The notes: a model not told the origin generated them from the letters alone. A stretch of 63,508 bases of DNA, filler included, from 3 parts of 3 records of this genome joined end to end with filler, not necessarily neighbours in it, one strand, 5' to 3'. Shown: positions 10,362 to 23,135, counted from the first letter of the whole stretch. Program-made: numbers and translations.

Positions 10362-10913
10362 TTATTTAATTACAAATGAAGTGAAGAAAATATCTACTAC
10401 TGCATTTCGTGCTCTATCATCATCACCTTCCATAATAGAGTCATTTAAGATATTATTGATCTCATCAATAAGTTCCTCTTTTAGCATTGCTTTACCACCA
10501 ACTGTTAAAAGCTCTTCACTACTTCTTGCACTCACTTGTCGTATAACTGCATCAACAATCTCTGCTTTTGTATTTTCTAGTACAGATTCGATTTTAGGCT
10601 CTATTGTTTTTAAAGTAAAAGAAAGCTTCATAAGCTTTGGACGACCTTTGGCATCTGTTATATTTAAAACTAAACTATCAATAGCCCCTTTAAAAGTTTC
10701 TCCATAGTTTTCTTTTTTCTGAGTTACTTGTTCAGCTACAGGAGCAGCAGCTTCTTGTTTAGGAGTATCATCAAATAGTCCTTTTGAGTACATAAAATAT
10801 CCAGCAGCTCCAATGATTCCTAATAAAAGTAATATAAGGACAATAACAATAATAATAAGTCCTTTTCCTCCACCACTTTTAGGTTTTTCTTCTTGTGTTG
10901 TTTCTTCAGCCAT
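10362..10913 (-). CDS. fliL: Flagellar basal body-associated protein FliL
   Basis: N-terminal TM; EELLTVGGKAMLKEELIDEIN and DIFFTSFVI motifs. Confidence 0.93.
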   Translation of the reverse strand: MAEETTQEEKPKSGGGKGLIIIVIVLILLLLGIIGAAGYFMYSKGLFDDTPKQEAAAPVAEQVTQKKENYGETFKGAIDSLVLNITDAKGRPKLMKLSFTLKTIEPKIESVLENTKAEIVDAVIRQVSARSSEELLTVGGKAMLKEELIDEINNILNDSIMEGDDDRARNAVVDIFFTSFVIK

Positions 10914-10935
10914 TATGTCTATCTCCTTTTTTGAG

Positions 10936-11427
10936 TTATTCTTTTTTATTTTCTTCTTTTAATATTTTCATTTTTTCCATCAAAAGAGCTGATGTTTTTG
11001 TATCAAGTTTTTTCATGATTTTAATAACATTTTTCTCTTTCATTCGGATGATTATATCAAATACTTCATCAATCTTTCCATTATTTGTCATCTCCGTAAA
11101 GATATTTGCTACAACACCTACCTTCATTTTATCAAACATATTGATAGCTTTAGTTGTAATCTCTCCACGTATCTCTTTGAGGATCTTTTCATTTTCCTCT
11201 TTTAGTTTTTTAATAACCTCTTCAGATTTTTGGATCTCTTGTTGAATTCTTTGGAGTTCTGCTTTGTTTTTTTGATATTCTAATTCTTTGGTTTCATAAA
11301 ACTCATTTAACTCATCTTTGACTTCTAAAAGTTCTTGTTTCTCTTTAAAGTAAAGGCTATTATTTTCCTCTGCACAAAAACCGATAATTTGGGTAATAAT
11401 TAGAATAAGAAGAATTTTACTTTTCAT
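10936..11427 (-). CDS. MotE/FlgY-like periplasmic flagellar protein
   Basis: Signal peptide, coiled coil, C-terminal MgtE_N-like helical repeats (FDKMK...MKEKNVIKIMKKLD); follows the fliJ-like gene as in Helicobacter/Campylobacter. Confidence 0.7.
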   Translation of the reverse strand: MKSKILLILIITQIIGFCAEENNSLYFKEKQELLEVKDELNEFYETKELEYQKNKAELQRIQQEIQKSEEVIKKLKEENEKILKEIRGEITTKAINMFDKMKVGVVANIFTEMTNNGKIDEVFDIIIRMKEKNVIKIMKKLDTKTSALLMEKMKILKEENKKE

Positions 11428-11849
11428 TATGAAGATAACCTTTGCCTTTCTCGTGTAAGTTTTGATTGGACATATTCTGAAGATGCCAGCTCTTCTTGTT
11501 TTACCATCTCTTTATATTTTCTTTTTTTCTCTTCTTGTAGGATATATAAAAACTGTTCACTCTCTTTATTTAAAGTAATGATATTTTGATCATATACTTC
11601 AACTTGTTGAAGATAATGTAATTTTTGTTGACCAAGTTTTGCAATATGGTTTTTCAAGGTTTGTTTATGGATCTCTAAAACTCTAAAATCAGAGATAGAT
11701 CCCATAACATTCACTGTTGCACTTTTTAAGCTTCTAATCGTTTGTGTAAGCTCTTCATTGATAGAGTCAATTTTATGCAGTACTTGTTGCTTTAGAAGAA
11801 CTTGTTGGTTGATCTGTTTTTGTTTTAGGCTATAAAGTTTATCTATCAT
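11427..11849 (-). CDS. FliJ-like flagellar export protein (likely start 11849)
   Basis: 140-aa all-coiled-coil Q/K/E-rich protein coupled to the fliQ stop and motE-like start. Confidence 0.65.
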   Translation of the reverse strand: MIDKLYSLKQKQINQQVLLKQQVLHKIDSINEELTQTIRSLKSATVNVMGSISDFRVLEIHKQTLKNHIAKLGQQKLHYLQQVEVYDQNIITLNKESEQFLYILQEEKKRKYKEMVKQEELASSEYVQSKLTRERQRLSS

Positions 11850-12112
11850 TAGTTTTGCCCAAAAACAAGAATTGTATTCCAAAGTTCAAGTGTATATTGC
11901 TCAATATGATCACCTACCCAAGGAAGAGTCACTAAAATAAAAATAGATACTACGATCATTTTAGGAACAAATGCTAAGGAGGCATCACTAATTTGTGTTA
12001 CTGCTTGGAAGATACTAATAATCAGTCCAATAATCATACTTACAATAAGCGATGGTAGTCCTAATATCAGAATTATTTTGACAGTTTGTTGAGCAATTGC
12101 TAAGAGATCCAT
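11849..12112 (-). CDS. fliQ: Flagellar export gate protein FliQ
   Basis: GLIISIFQAVTQI.D.SLAFVPK motif. Confidence 0.95.
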   Translation of the reverse strand: MDLLAIAQQTVKIILILGLPSLIVSMIIGLIISIFQAVTQISDASLAFVPKMIVVSIFILVTLPWVGDHIEQYTLELWNTILVFGQN

Positions 12113-12113
12113 T

Positions 12114-12596
12114 TTACTCTTTTATCTTAATAGTGATCTCAATAGTTTTATTTTTTAGGAGTTCATTGATAATTGAGACTACAGAGGAACTACTTGCTTC
12201 TATTGTTGTTGATGGGATATTTTCATGTATCTCTTGAGCTGAAGAGTTGTCTAGGATTTCTTCTTGATTATTTGAAACTGTTTCAAGAGATTCTGCCTCT
12301 ACCTCATTAGGAATATCTTCTTCCAAAGGTTCGTCTGTTTGCTCTTGTGTTGAATCATCTTCAATAAAGTCCTCTATATGAATTTCATCTTCACTAATAG
12401 TATCATCTGTAGTTTCTATGGCAGTTTCTTCTAGATTTTCTATTTTGATATCATCGTCAGCAATAGTGTCCTCACTTGTTTCTTCTATAGAGTCTTCAGT
12501 TAAAAGCTCTTCGCTTGAAGTAGTAGGAGTTTCACCTAAAGCATCTAGAATATCTGATTCAACAATTTCATCTAATTGTGAAAGTTCATCTGCCAT
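12114..12596 (-). CDS. Highly acidic protein resembling the C-terminal part of ChePep/CheP
   Basis: D/E-rich disordered core; ends ELLKNKTIEITIKIKE. Confidence 0.55.
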   Translation of the reverse strand: MADELSQLDEIVESDILDALGETPTTSSEELLTEDSIEETSEDTIADDDIKIENLEETAIETTDDTISEDEIHIEDFIEDDSTQEQTDEPLEEDIPNEVEAESLETVSNNQEEILDNSSAQEIHENIPSTTIEASSSSVVSIINELLKNKTIEITIKIKE

Positions 12597-12609
12597 TATT
12601 TTTTCCTTT

Positions 12610-13050
12610 TTAGTTATCTATTGAAACATCTTTAAGCGCATCTAAAGTGTCATCTTCAAGCATTTGATCAATATAGGAGATCTCATGTGCTTTGAGTTTT
12701 GCTGCTTCTATAGCTTCAAGCCGTTTTTCTATATATACAATAAGATCGTCGTATGTTCGAATACTGATATCCCCAACTCCATGATTATCTAGATAGTGTT
12801 TCGATATTCCATCTTTAGGAAGAAGGAATTTAAAGAGTTTGGAGAAAAGATCATCTTGAAGAACTTTATTTTGATCTATAATGAAGATCTGAGAAGGGTC
12901 TTCTTCTATAAGCTCTTCAAGGTGATAAAGATAATTCACATCTTCAATAACACCATCTTCAATTTTAAATCGAATATTCCCTCTATCGAGTATTTTATGA
13001 ATATTCATTTTAAAAGTTGTATCCCCATAAATGTATATATTCAAAAACAT
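12610..13050 (-). CDS. Hypothetical protein, possible degenerate receiver-like domain
   Basis: First gene of the leftward flagellar operon; alternating beta/alpha pattern. Confidence 0.55.
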   Translation of the reverse strand: MFLNIYIYGDTTFKMNIHKILDRGNIRFKIEDGVIEDVNYLYHLEELIEEDPSQIFIIDQNKVLQDDLFSKLFKFLLPKDGISKHYLDNHGVGDISIRTYDDLIVYIEKRLEAIEAAKLKAHEISYIDQMLEDDTLDALKDVSIDN

Positions 13051-13148
13051 TCCTTAATTTGAGTTTATTTTGTTCATTATATAAAAAATTTATTAAAGTT
13101 CAGATAAAATAAGCTCAATTAATAAATAAAATCTTGTAGGACATTATA

Positions 13149-14240
13149 TTGAGATACATTCTATATTTATTGCTGTTTTTACACTCTATGTATGCTCAAA
13201 CAATCAAAGATATTTCAAATATTGTTGGAATAAGAGAAAACCAATTAATTGGTTATGGAATGGTTGTGGGAGCAAGAGCTGGTGGTGATTCAAAGATATC
13301 AGCTCAAACTTTGCAAAACCTTTTAAGAAATTCAAATATGAATATTGATGTTGGTGATGCTGGTGATTCAGGAGCAGTAATAGTAACTGCAGCTCTGCCT
13401 CCATTTGCAAGGCAAGGGGATAAGTTAAAAGTAGAAGTTGCTGCTTTAGATGGAGCAAACCTTGATGGTGCAACACTTTTAGTCACACAGTTAAAAGGGA
13501 TAGATGGAAAAGTATATGCACTAGCTCAAGGAACTATTATTGGTATTGAGGGTGAACCTGTTAGAGGCAGACGAGCAGAGGGATCAAAAACAGGATATAT
13601 CTACAATGGGGCCATTGTTGAAAATGAGTTGGAATATAACTTAAGAGAAGAGAAGTCAATTACTTTAAGTCTTATAAAACAAGATGCAAAAACAGCTGCT
13701 TTAGTTGAAGAAAAAATAAATAAGATCTTTGGTGAACCAATTGCTATGGCATATGATACAAGAACTATAGAAGTAAAAAAACCAAAAGATATGTCAATAG
13801 TAAGATTTATTGCTAAAATTGAAGATATTGAACTTGGTACGATGATGAAAAGAAAAGTGATCATTGATCCAGTTAAAGAGATCATTGTAGCAGGCTCTGA
13901 TATTACTATAAACCCAGTAACAATCTCTAGAGAAAATTTCACATTAAGAGTAAAGAAAACAGACCTTAATGATAAAGAGTGGAATGATCCTGAGAAAAAT
14001 GTAGGAACAAATAATGGTGATGAAACAGTTATAGAACAAGTTCCTGCACAAGCAGAACAAAATGATGCAGATGTGATAGAGTTTACAAATTCATTAGTAG
14101 ATACAAAAGCAGAACCAACAGTATCAGATCTTATGAGAGCAATGAAGACTATGAATTTAGATATATCACAGATAATTGAGACATTTCAAATGTTAGATAA
14201 CCTTGGTGCAATAAATGCAGATGTGGAGATAATAAGATAA
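13149..14240 (+). CDS. flgI: Flagellar P-ring protein FlgI
   Basis: IKDI..IVGIRENQLIGYGMVVG, VTAALPPFARQGD, DGKVYALAQG motifs. Confidence 0.95.
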   Translation: MRYILYLLLFLHSMYAQTIKDISNIVGIRENQLIGYGMVVGARAGGDSKISAQTLQNLLRNSNMNIDVGDAGDSGAVIVTAALPPFARQGDKLKVEVAALDGANLDGATLLVTQLKGIDGKVYALAQGTIIGIEGEPVRGRRAEGSKTGYIYNGAIVENELEYNLREEKSITLSLIKQDAKTAALVEEKINKIFGEPIAMAYDTRTIEVKKPKDMSIVRFIAKIEDIELGTMMKRKVIIDPVKEIIVAGSDITINPVTISRENFTLRVKKTDLNDKEWNDPEKNVGTNNGDETVIEQVPAQAEQNDADVIEFTNSLVDTKAEPTVSDLMRAMKTMNLDISQIIETFQMLDNLGAINADVEIIR

Positions 14241-14241
14241 G

Positions 14242-15342
14242 ATGGCAGAATTTTTAAGTCAAGATGAGATTGATGCGCTTTTAGATATAGCAGATGAAGA
14301 TGGTGGTCTTGAGGAGCTTCCTGAAGACGTAGGTTCCGCAGCTAAAGATAAAAGTTATGCCATATATGATTTTAAAAAACCAAATAGGATCTCAGCTGAT
14401 CAAATGAAAGCATTTAATGCACTTCACGATAAGATGCTCCGAACTACTATTAGTGATCTCTCAGCAATGCTCAGAAAGATCGTTGATATTAAGCTTTACA
14501 GTATTGAGCAGATGACATACGGAGAGTTTATTCTCTCTATTCCTCAAATTACAAGTTTAACAACACTATCAATTAAACCGCTTGATGGAAGAATTGTTAT
14601 GGAGTGTAACCCTGCTATTAGTCACAAGATCATAGCTCATCTTTTAGGAAATGGGGATAGCTCTTTAACTGATTCAACAGAGAAAGAACTAACAGATATA
14701 GAGATGGAAGTTTTTAATCATTTCTATCAACTTATTATTAAACATTTAAAGATCACATGGGATGATGTTTCTACAATTAATTTTAAAACGGAAAGTATGG
14801 ATACCAATGCAAATGCGATTCAGATCATTTCAGATCATGAGATTGTACTTTTAGTTGTTTTTGAGATCACTATTGATGATGAATCTGGGTTCTTATCGAT
14901 CTGTTATCCTATATCTTATATAGAGTCTTTATTAAATATTATTGTTGAAAAAGTATTTGCTGAAGCAAAAAATAGAAAAGTAAGTAAACAAAGAGATATC
15001 AATGCCCTAATGTCAGGTGCAAAGATGAATATTGAAGCTATTTTAGCGGAAACTGAACTTCCTATAAAAGATCTTTTAAATTTAAAAGAGGATGATATTA
15101 TCGTATTTAGTAAAAATGCCAATAGTGCTTCATCCAAACTCTATATTAATAAAAAAGAGAAATGGTCTGTTGTTGCAGGGGCATCAAATAATAGAAAAGC
15201 GGTTCAAATACAATCAAATATTGATCATGAAAAAATGGAAACTTTAGCATCACTTAAAGGGCTACATGAAGAGAGATTGGAAAAAACACGTAAAGCAAAT
15301 GAAGCGATAGCCAAACTGATCTCGGTAAAAGATGATTTTTAA
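14242..15342 (+). CDS. fliM: Flagellar motor switch protein FliM
   Basis: N-terminal LSQDEIDALL, YDFKKPNR, EQMTYGEF, ELTDIE. Confidence 0.96.
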   Translation: MAEFLSQDEIDALLDIADEDGGLEELPEDVGSAAKDKSYAIYDFKKPNRISADQMKAFNALHDKMLRTTISDLSAMLRKIVDIKLYSIEQMTYGEFILSIPQITSLTTLSIKPLDGRIVMECNPAISHKIIAHLLGNGDSSLTDSTEKELTDIEMEVFNHFYQLIIKHLKITWDDVSTINFKTESMDTNANAIQIISDHEIVLLVVFEITIDDESGFLSICYPISYIESLLNIIVEKVFAEAKNRKVSKQRDINALMSGAKMNIEAILAETELPIKDLLNLKEDDIIVFSKNANSASSKLYINKKEKWSVVAGASNNRKAVQIQSNIDHEKMETLASLKGLHEERLEKTRKANEAIAKLISVKDDF

Positions 15343-15408
15343 AAGCTTTATTAGTTTTTTATAAAAATAACACTATAATCATCTGTTAATTTTGAACATA
15401 GTAAAAGG

Positions 15409-16514
15409 ATGATTATGCTTTTAACTCCTGGTCCAACAGCAGTTCCAGAGTTCGTTAGAACTGCAATGAGTGGAGAAACTCTTCACCATAGAACTCCAGA
15501 ATTTGAGAATATATTTAAAAATACAAGAGAGCTTTTATTAGAACTACTTGATATGCCAGAAGCTCTAATGTTAGCTTCAACAGGTACAGGTGCTATGGAA
15601 GCATGTGTAACAAATCTTACAACACAAAAAGCATTAACAATTAATGCTGGAAAGTTTGGTGAGCGATTTGGAAAAATTTGCGCTGCACATAATATTGAAA
15701 ATAGTGAATTAAAGTATGAGTGGAATACTCCTGCTTCAATGAAACAGATCGAAGAGACTATTAAAAATGATAGCTCAATTGATTCATTATGTATCCAAGT
15801 ATGTGAAAGTGCTGGAGGGCTACGACATCCAGTTGAAGATATTGCCAAAAGTGTAAAAGCTATTAATCCAGAGATTATGATTATTGCTGATGGAATTACA
15901 GCAGTTGGAGTTGAGAAGATTGATACAACACATATTGATGCATTGATCACAGGAAGTCAAAAAGCCTTAATGTTACCTCCAGGTTTAGCAATGATAGGCC
16001 TTAGTGAAAAAGCAGTGGCAAAGATTGAAAAAAATGCAAAAGGGTATTATTTTAATCTTGCAGCTGAAATTAAAAAGCAACAGCAAAACACTACAGCATA
16101 TACTGCTGCTACAACATTGATCATTGGTCTTGGATCTATCTTAGAAAAGATCAAAGAGATAGGGTTTGAAACCTTATATTCACAAACTGCAAAAAGAGCT
16201 GATGCAACAAGGGAAGCTCTTAAAGCAATTGGCTTAGAGATATATCCTACAACTCCAGCAAACTCAATGACTACAATCTACACAGAAAAGTCTAATGAGA
16301 TTAGAAAGATGTTAAAAGAGGAGTTTGATCTTAATATTGCAGGTGGTCAAGATCACTTAAAAGGGAAAATTTTTCGGATTAATCATATGGGATTAGTAGA
16401 AGACTATGAAGCTGCATGGGCAGTGAATAGTATAGAGATGACTTATGCAAAATTAGGGCTTCGTGCCTATGATGGAACAGCTAATAAAATATTTATGGAG
16501 AAAATGTACTCAAA

Positions 16515-16518
<4 letters not shown>
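15409..16518 (+). CDS. Class V PLP aminotransferase (alanine-glyoxylate/serine-pyruvate family)
   Basis: LLTPGPT, HHRT.EF, STGTGAMEA, GSQKALMLPPG, GGQDHLKGKIFRI.HMG. Confidence 0.9.
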
Positions 16519-18615
<2,097 letters not shown>

Positions 18616-18700
18616 GAACCGTAAAAATAGTGAAACTATTCATTATTTAAGGGTCGACCGTAAATTATATGCACAAGCATAATTGGAGGAAACAAGCAGG

Positions 18701-19252
18701 ATGAAACTAAAAAAGCAACATAGTCCATATATAGCAAGAAAAATAACAAAAGATATAATCAATGCTCCCTATGTAGAGATGCGAAAAGAGAAATCTCTTA
18801 TTACAAGTGAATGTGAAAGAATTTTAAATGAAGATATCCAAAAAGAGATAGAACTTGATGAAGCAGTAACAGATTTATTAGAGAATCAAGAAGATGAGAT
18901 AGAGTTTTACAAAGCAGACTATAGACAGCTTTTTTGGATGACAAAAAAAAGACTTGCTAATGAGTATGGAGTGAATTTAAACTTTGAAGATAGATTTTCA
19001 AATATTGCCCATGCAATTATGGATTATTTATATGAAGAGGATTTTATCCATTTTACAGTAAATGATAATCAGATAAAAAATCTTATTGCAGGTTCAATAA
19101 ATGATTTTATTAAAGGGTATGATGAAGCAGATAGTGCAGCTTTTGAAAAGATCAAATCGTATAAGAGAAAGTTGATTCCTGGAACAGAGGATTATGATTT
19201 GGTATTTCAAAGATTGTATGAAGAAGAGTTGATAAAAAAAGGGTTGATATAA
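18701..19252 (+). CDS. DUF507 family protein
   Basis: KIKSYKRKLIPGTEDY...LYEEEL.KKG C-terminus typical of Campylobacterota; upstream of carA. Confidence 0.8.
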   Translation: MKLKKQHSPYIARKITKDIINAPYVEMRKEKSLITSECERILNEDIQKEIELDEAVTDLLENQEDEIEFYKADYRQLFWMTKKRLANEYGVNLNFEDRFSNIAHAIMDYLYEEDFIHFTVNDNQIKNLIAGSINDFIKGYDEADSAAFEKIKSYKRKLIPGTEDYDLVFQRLYEEELIKKGLI

Positions 19253-20373
19253 TGCAAACAGTTTATGTATACTTAGAAAATGGGCTTTTTTTGGAAGGGA
19301 AATCTTTTGGTGCAACTGGGACAGTTGTAGGTGAAGTGGTATTTAATACATCAATGACTGGATACCAAGAGATCTTAACAGATCCAAGTTATGCAGGTCA
19401 ATTTGTAACTTTTACAATGCCAGAGATTGGAAATGTGGGAGTGAATGATAATGATAGTGAAAGCTCACAAATTCACTGTAAAGGGATGATTGTAAGAAAC
19501 TATAATGAAAACTACTCAAACTTTAGAGGTGAAAAAAGTTTATCTGAACTTTTAAAGCAAAATAATACTTTAGGAATTTGTGATATAGATACAAGATATA
19601 TAACAAAAGTATTAAGAGATAATGGAGCGATGATGATGATAGCTTCTACTGAAATCTCAGATTTAGATGAGTTAAAAACAAAACTTGAAGCAAGCCCTAG
19701 AATTGAAGATATCAATTATATCGAACAAGTAAGTACAAAAGAAGCCTATATCCATAAGTTTGGAGCATGGAATATGTCAACTATGTCTTATGATAAAGCA
19801 GTGATGAGTGATAAAAAGATCGTTGTTATTGACTTTGGGGTAAAAAGAAATATTTTAAATGAGCTAGTTGCTTCAGGATTAGAAGTGGAAGTGATCCCAA
19901 GTGATTTTAATGGAGATGACCTAGTAAAACGATTTGAAGATGGTGAAATAGGTGGAGTGTTTTTAAGTAATGGTCCAGGAGATCCTTTAACTCTTACAAA
20001 TGAGAAAGAGCAAGTGCAAAAACTGATTGATAAAAATATTCCAATGTTTGCTATTTGTTTAGGACATCAGATGTTAAGTATCGCTCATGGACATGATACT
20101 TTTAAGCTAACATTTGGTCAACATGGTGGAAATCATCCTGTAGCAAATACAGAAAAAATTGTAGAGATTACAGCGCAAAACCATAACTATAATGTTCCAG
20201 ATACTATTAAGCAAATAGCTGATATTACACATATTAATCTATTTGATAATACTATTGAAGGGGTAAAGTATAAAAATAAACCCATCTTCTCAGTGCAACA
20301 TCATCCAGAAGCAAGTCCTGGACCACATGAGAGTAAGTATGTCTTTAAAGAGTTTGCCGATATGGTAAAATAA
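19252..20373 (+). CDS. carA: Carbamoyl-phosphate synthase small subunit
   Basis: GEVVFNTSMTGYQE.LTDPSY, LSNGPGDP, ICLGHQ, QHHPEASPGP. Confidence 0.98.
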   Translation: MQTVYVYLENGLFLEGKSFGATGTVVGEVVFNTSMTGYQEILTDPSYAGQFVTFTMPEIGNVGVNDNDSESSQIHCKGMIVRNYNENYSNFRGEKSLSELLKQNNTLGICDIDTRYITKVLRDNGAMMMIASTEISDLDELKTKLEASPRIEDINYIEQVSTKEAYIHKFGAWNMSTMSYDKAVMSDKKIVVIDFGVKRNILNELVASGLEVEVIPSDFNGDDLVKRFEDGEIGGVFLSNGPGDPLTLTNEKEQVQKLIDKNIPMFAICLGHQMLSIAHGHDTFKLTFGQHGGNHPVANTEKIVEITAQNHNYNVPDTIKQIADITHINLFDNTIEGVKYKNKPIFSVQHHPEASPGPHESKYVFKEFADMVK

Positions 20374-20376
20374 GAT

Positions 20377-20404
20377 AAAGGCAACGTCTTCGTTGCCTTT
20401 TTTT
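20377..20404 (+). terminator. Rho-independent terminator after carA
   Basis: AAAGGCAACG-TCTT-CGTTGCCTTT followed by T run. Confidence 0.85.
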
Positions 20405-20420
20405 ATATCAAAGGAATTAA

Positions 20421-21173
20421 ATGGAAACGATCACTTTTATTGGAAATGGAAATATGGCACTCTCTATTGCTCTTGGATTAAAAGAACTTTATAAGATCGA
20501 AGTTGTTGGAAGATCAATAGAGTCTATGGAAACGTTTGAAGCTAAACTTGGAATAAAATTAGAAAAAAATCTTTTGGAAAACTTTGATATCAGTGGAAAA
20601 ACTATCCTACTTTGTGTCAAACCTTATAATATAGAAGAGGTTGGGAAACAACTAAAAGGAAAAGCCAAAGAGTTATATTCAGTTTTAGCAGGAACAACTT
20701 TAGAAAGCCTAAAAGAAAATATAGCTTCAGAAGCAACTGTGAGAACTATGCCAAACCTTTGTGCAAGTGTAGGAAAGTCTCTTACTACATTAACAGGAGA
20801 TGTTAGTTTGGAACAAAAAGCGATAAAGCTTTTTAGTGCTATAGGAGAGCCCTTATGGTTACAAAGTGAAAAAGAGCTTGATATTGCAACAGCAGTGGCT
20901 GGAAGTGGTCCAGCTTATCTAGCATTGGTTCATGAAGCATTATGTGATGGGGCAGTGAAACAAGGGATGAAACGAGATGATGCAGTAAAAGTAGCTAATG
21001 GACTTTTCAATGGATTTGGTGAGTTAATAAAAGAAGAAAAAAACAGTGATATAAAAAATGGGGTAATGAGCCCTGGAGGAACAACAGCTGCAGCATATAG
21101 TGTATTAGAAAAGTACAGTGTAAGAAGTGGTTTTATAGATGCAGTTGAAGCCGCTTATAATAAGACAAAATAA
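20421..21173 (+). CDS. proC: Pyrroline-5-carboxylate reductase
   Basis: FIGNGNMA, RTMPN, AGSGPAY, VMSPGGTT. Confidence 0.95.
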   Translation: METITFIGNGNMALSIALGLKELYKIEVVGRSIESMETFEAKLGIKLEKNLLENFDISGKTILLCVKPYNIEEVGKQLKGKAKELYSVLAGTTLESLKENIASEATVRTMPNLCASVGKSLTTLTGDVSLEQKAIKLFSAIGEPLWLQSEKELDIATAVAGSGPAYLALVHEALCDGAVKQGMKRDDAVKVANGLFNGFGELIKEEKNSDIKNGVMSPGGTTAAAYSVLEKYSVRSGFIDAVEAAYNKTK

Positions 21174-21183
21174 AAGGGATATA

Positions 21184-22416
21184 ATGGAAGAGTTTTTACA
21201 ACAGTCTAAAAATGCAATGAAAACAATTGCAACACTTGGAGGAAGTGTTAAAAATGATATATTAAAACAGATGGCAAAGGCATTACGAGATAATTGCGAA
21301 CTAATCTGTAATGAGAATCAAAAAGATATGATAGCTGGGGAAAAGAATGAGTTAAGCTCAGCTTTGATGGATAGATTATTATTAAATGAACAAAGAGTTG
21401 AGGGGATGGCAAGTGCTATTGAGCAAATCTCAATGTTAAAAGAGCCTGTAGGAAGAGTTCATGAGGGATGGATCGTAGATAATGGAATGAAAATAGAAAA
21501 AGTTTCTGTTCCTATTGGTGTAATAGGTATTATTTATGAAAGTCGACCAAATGTTACTAGTGATACTGCAGCGCTTTGTTTTAAAAGTGGAAATGTATGT
21601 ATCTTAAAAGGTGGAAAAGAAGCAGAAAATTCAAATCAAGTAATAGCAAAAGTATTACAAGAGGTGTTAGAAAAAAATGATCTTCCAAAAGAGATTGTCT
21701 CACTTCTTCCTGATAGTTCACGGGAGGGAGTTGCAAATCTAATTAAACAAGACAACTATGTAGATCTTATTATCCCAAGAGGTGGAGAAGCACTAATTAA
21801 ATTTGTAACATCAAATGCAACTGTGCCAGTGGTAAAACATGATAAAGGACTTTGTCATACTTTTGTGGACAGAGATGCTGACATAGTAAAAGCTTTAAAT
21901 ATAACACTCAATGCAAAATGTAGACGTACTGGAATATGTGGTGCGATGGAGACTTTATTAGTAGATGAAAATATTGCTGAACAATTCTTACCAAAATTAG
22001 TAGATAAGTTTAAAGAGAATGAAACAGAGTTTAGAGGGTGTGAATTAACTCGTAGAATAATTAGTATAAATAAAGCAACTGAAGAGGACTTTAACACAGA
22101 ATACCTAGATAATATTCTATCAATTAAAGTGGTAAGTGGAGTAAAAGAAGCGATCAACCATATAGCAAAATATGGATCAGACCATTCAGATGCCATTATC
22201 ACAGAAAACTATACCACAGCAGAGACTTTTTTAAATAGTGTTGATAGTGCCTGTGTATATTTAAATGCAAGTACTCAATTTACAGATGGTGGTGAATTTG
22301 GGTTTGGAGCAGAGGTTGGAATTAGTACCAATAAACTACACGCTCGTGGACCTATGGGGATCAATGAATTGACCACATATAAGTTCAAAATCTATGGAAA
22401 TGGGCAAATTAGGTAA
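21184..22416 (+). CDS. proA: Gamma-glutamyl phosphate reductase (likely start 21184)
   Basis: IIYESRPNVT, LKGGKEA, IPRGG, NASTQFTDGGEFGFGAEVGISTNKLHARGPMG. Confidence 0.97.
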   Translation: MEEFLQQSKNAMKTIATLGGSVKNDILKQMAKALRDNCELICNENQKDMIAGEKNELSSALMDRLLLNEQRVEGMASAIEQISMLKEPVGRVHEGWIVDNGMKIEKVSVPIGVIGIIYESRPNVTSDTAALCFKSGNVCILKGGKEAENSNQVIAKVLQEVLEKNDLPKEIVSLLPDSSREGVANLIKQDNYVDLIIPRGGEALIKFVTSNATVPVVKHDKGLCHTFVDRDADIVKALNITLNAKCRRTGICGAMETLLVDENIAEQFLPKLVDKFKENETEFRGCELTRRIISINKATEEDFNTEYLDNILSIKVVSGVKEAINHIAKYGSDHSDAIITENYTTAETFLNSVDSACVYLNASTQFTDGGEFGFGAEVGISTNKLHARGPMGINELTTYKFKIYGNGQIR

Positions 22417-22511
22417 TTTTTTGTAAATTAAGAGTGATATTTAAAATATTTTAAAGTTAGTTTTATTTTTTCTATGATAAAGTTGTCCAAATTTAAAATA
22501 GGAGTTTTATT

Positions 22512-22772
22512 ATGGCAGTAATTATTACTGATACATGTATTTCATGTGATGCTTGTTTAGATGAGTGTCCAAATGAAGCGATCGTTGACAATGACGAAAA
22601 TCCAACAGGTGAAGATATCTATTATGTATTCGCAGACAAATGTACTGAGTGTATAGGTGATCATGATACACCAGCGTGTGCTGAAGCATGTCCAACTGAG
22701 GGATGTATTGTATGGGGTGAAAATCCAACAACTGAAGGTGCAGTTGCTGGTCAACCTTGCGTAGAAGATTAA
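22512..22772 (+). CDS. 2x[4Fe-4S] ferredoxin
   Basis: CISCDACLDECP and CTECIG...CAEACP motifs. Confidence 0.93.
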   Translation: MAVIITDTCISCDACLDECPNEAIVDNDENPTGEDIYYVFADKCTECIGDHDTPACAEACPTEGCIVWGENPTTEGAVAGQPCVED

Positions 22773-22792
22773 GATAAGCTTAATTTAAGAAG

Positions 22793-22831
22793 AAAAAAAG
22801 GTAAGAGATTCATTTCTCTTGCCTTTTTTTT
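22793..22831 (+). terminator. Rho-independent terminator after ferredoxin
   Basis: AAAAAAAGGTAAGAGA-loop-TCTCTTGCCTTTTTTT hairpin (one G-U pair) with T tail. Confidence 0.8.
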
Positions 22832-22913
22832 ATTTTTTCGATATAATCCCCGACTTTTAATGTGGCCAGGGCCACATGTGGTGACAAAACATAAAAAAAC
22901 TTAGGAGAAAAAG

Positions 22914-23135
22914 ATGGAGCAAACGTTATCAATCATTAAGCCTGATGCAGTAGCAAAAAACGTTGTTGGAAAGATCTTAGATAGATTTGAAAGTAATGGA
23001 TTAAGAATCGCTGCAACAAAAAAATTACAATTAAGCCAAGCTGATGCTGAAGCTTTTTATGCAGTTCATAGTGAAAGACCTTTCTTTGGTGAATTAGTTG
23101 AGTTTATGATCTCTGGACCAGTTGTAGTTTCAGTT
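22914..23135 (+). CDS. ndk: Nucleoside diphosphate kinase (truncated by contig end)
   Basis: [35 protein letters not shown]. Confidence 0.95.
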
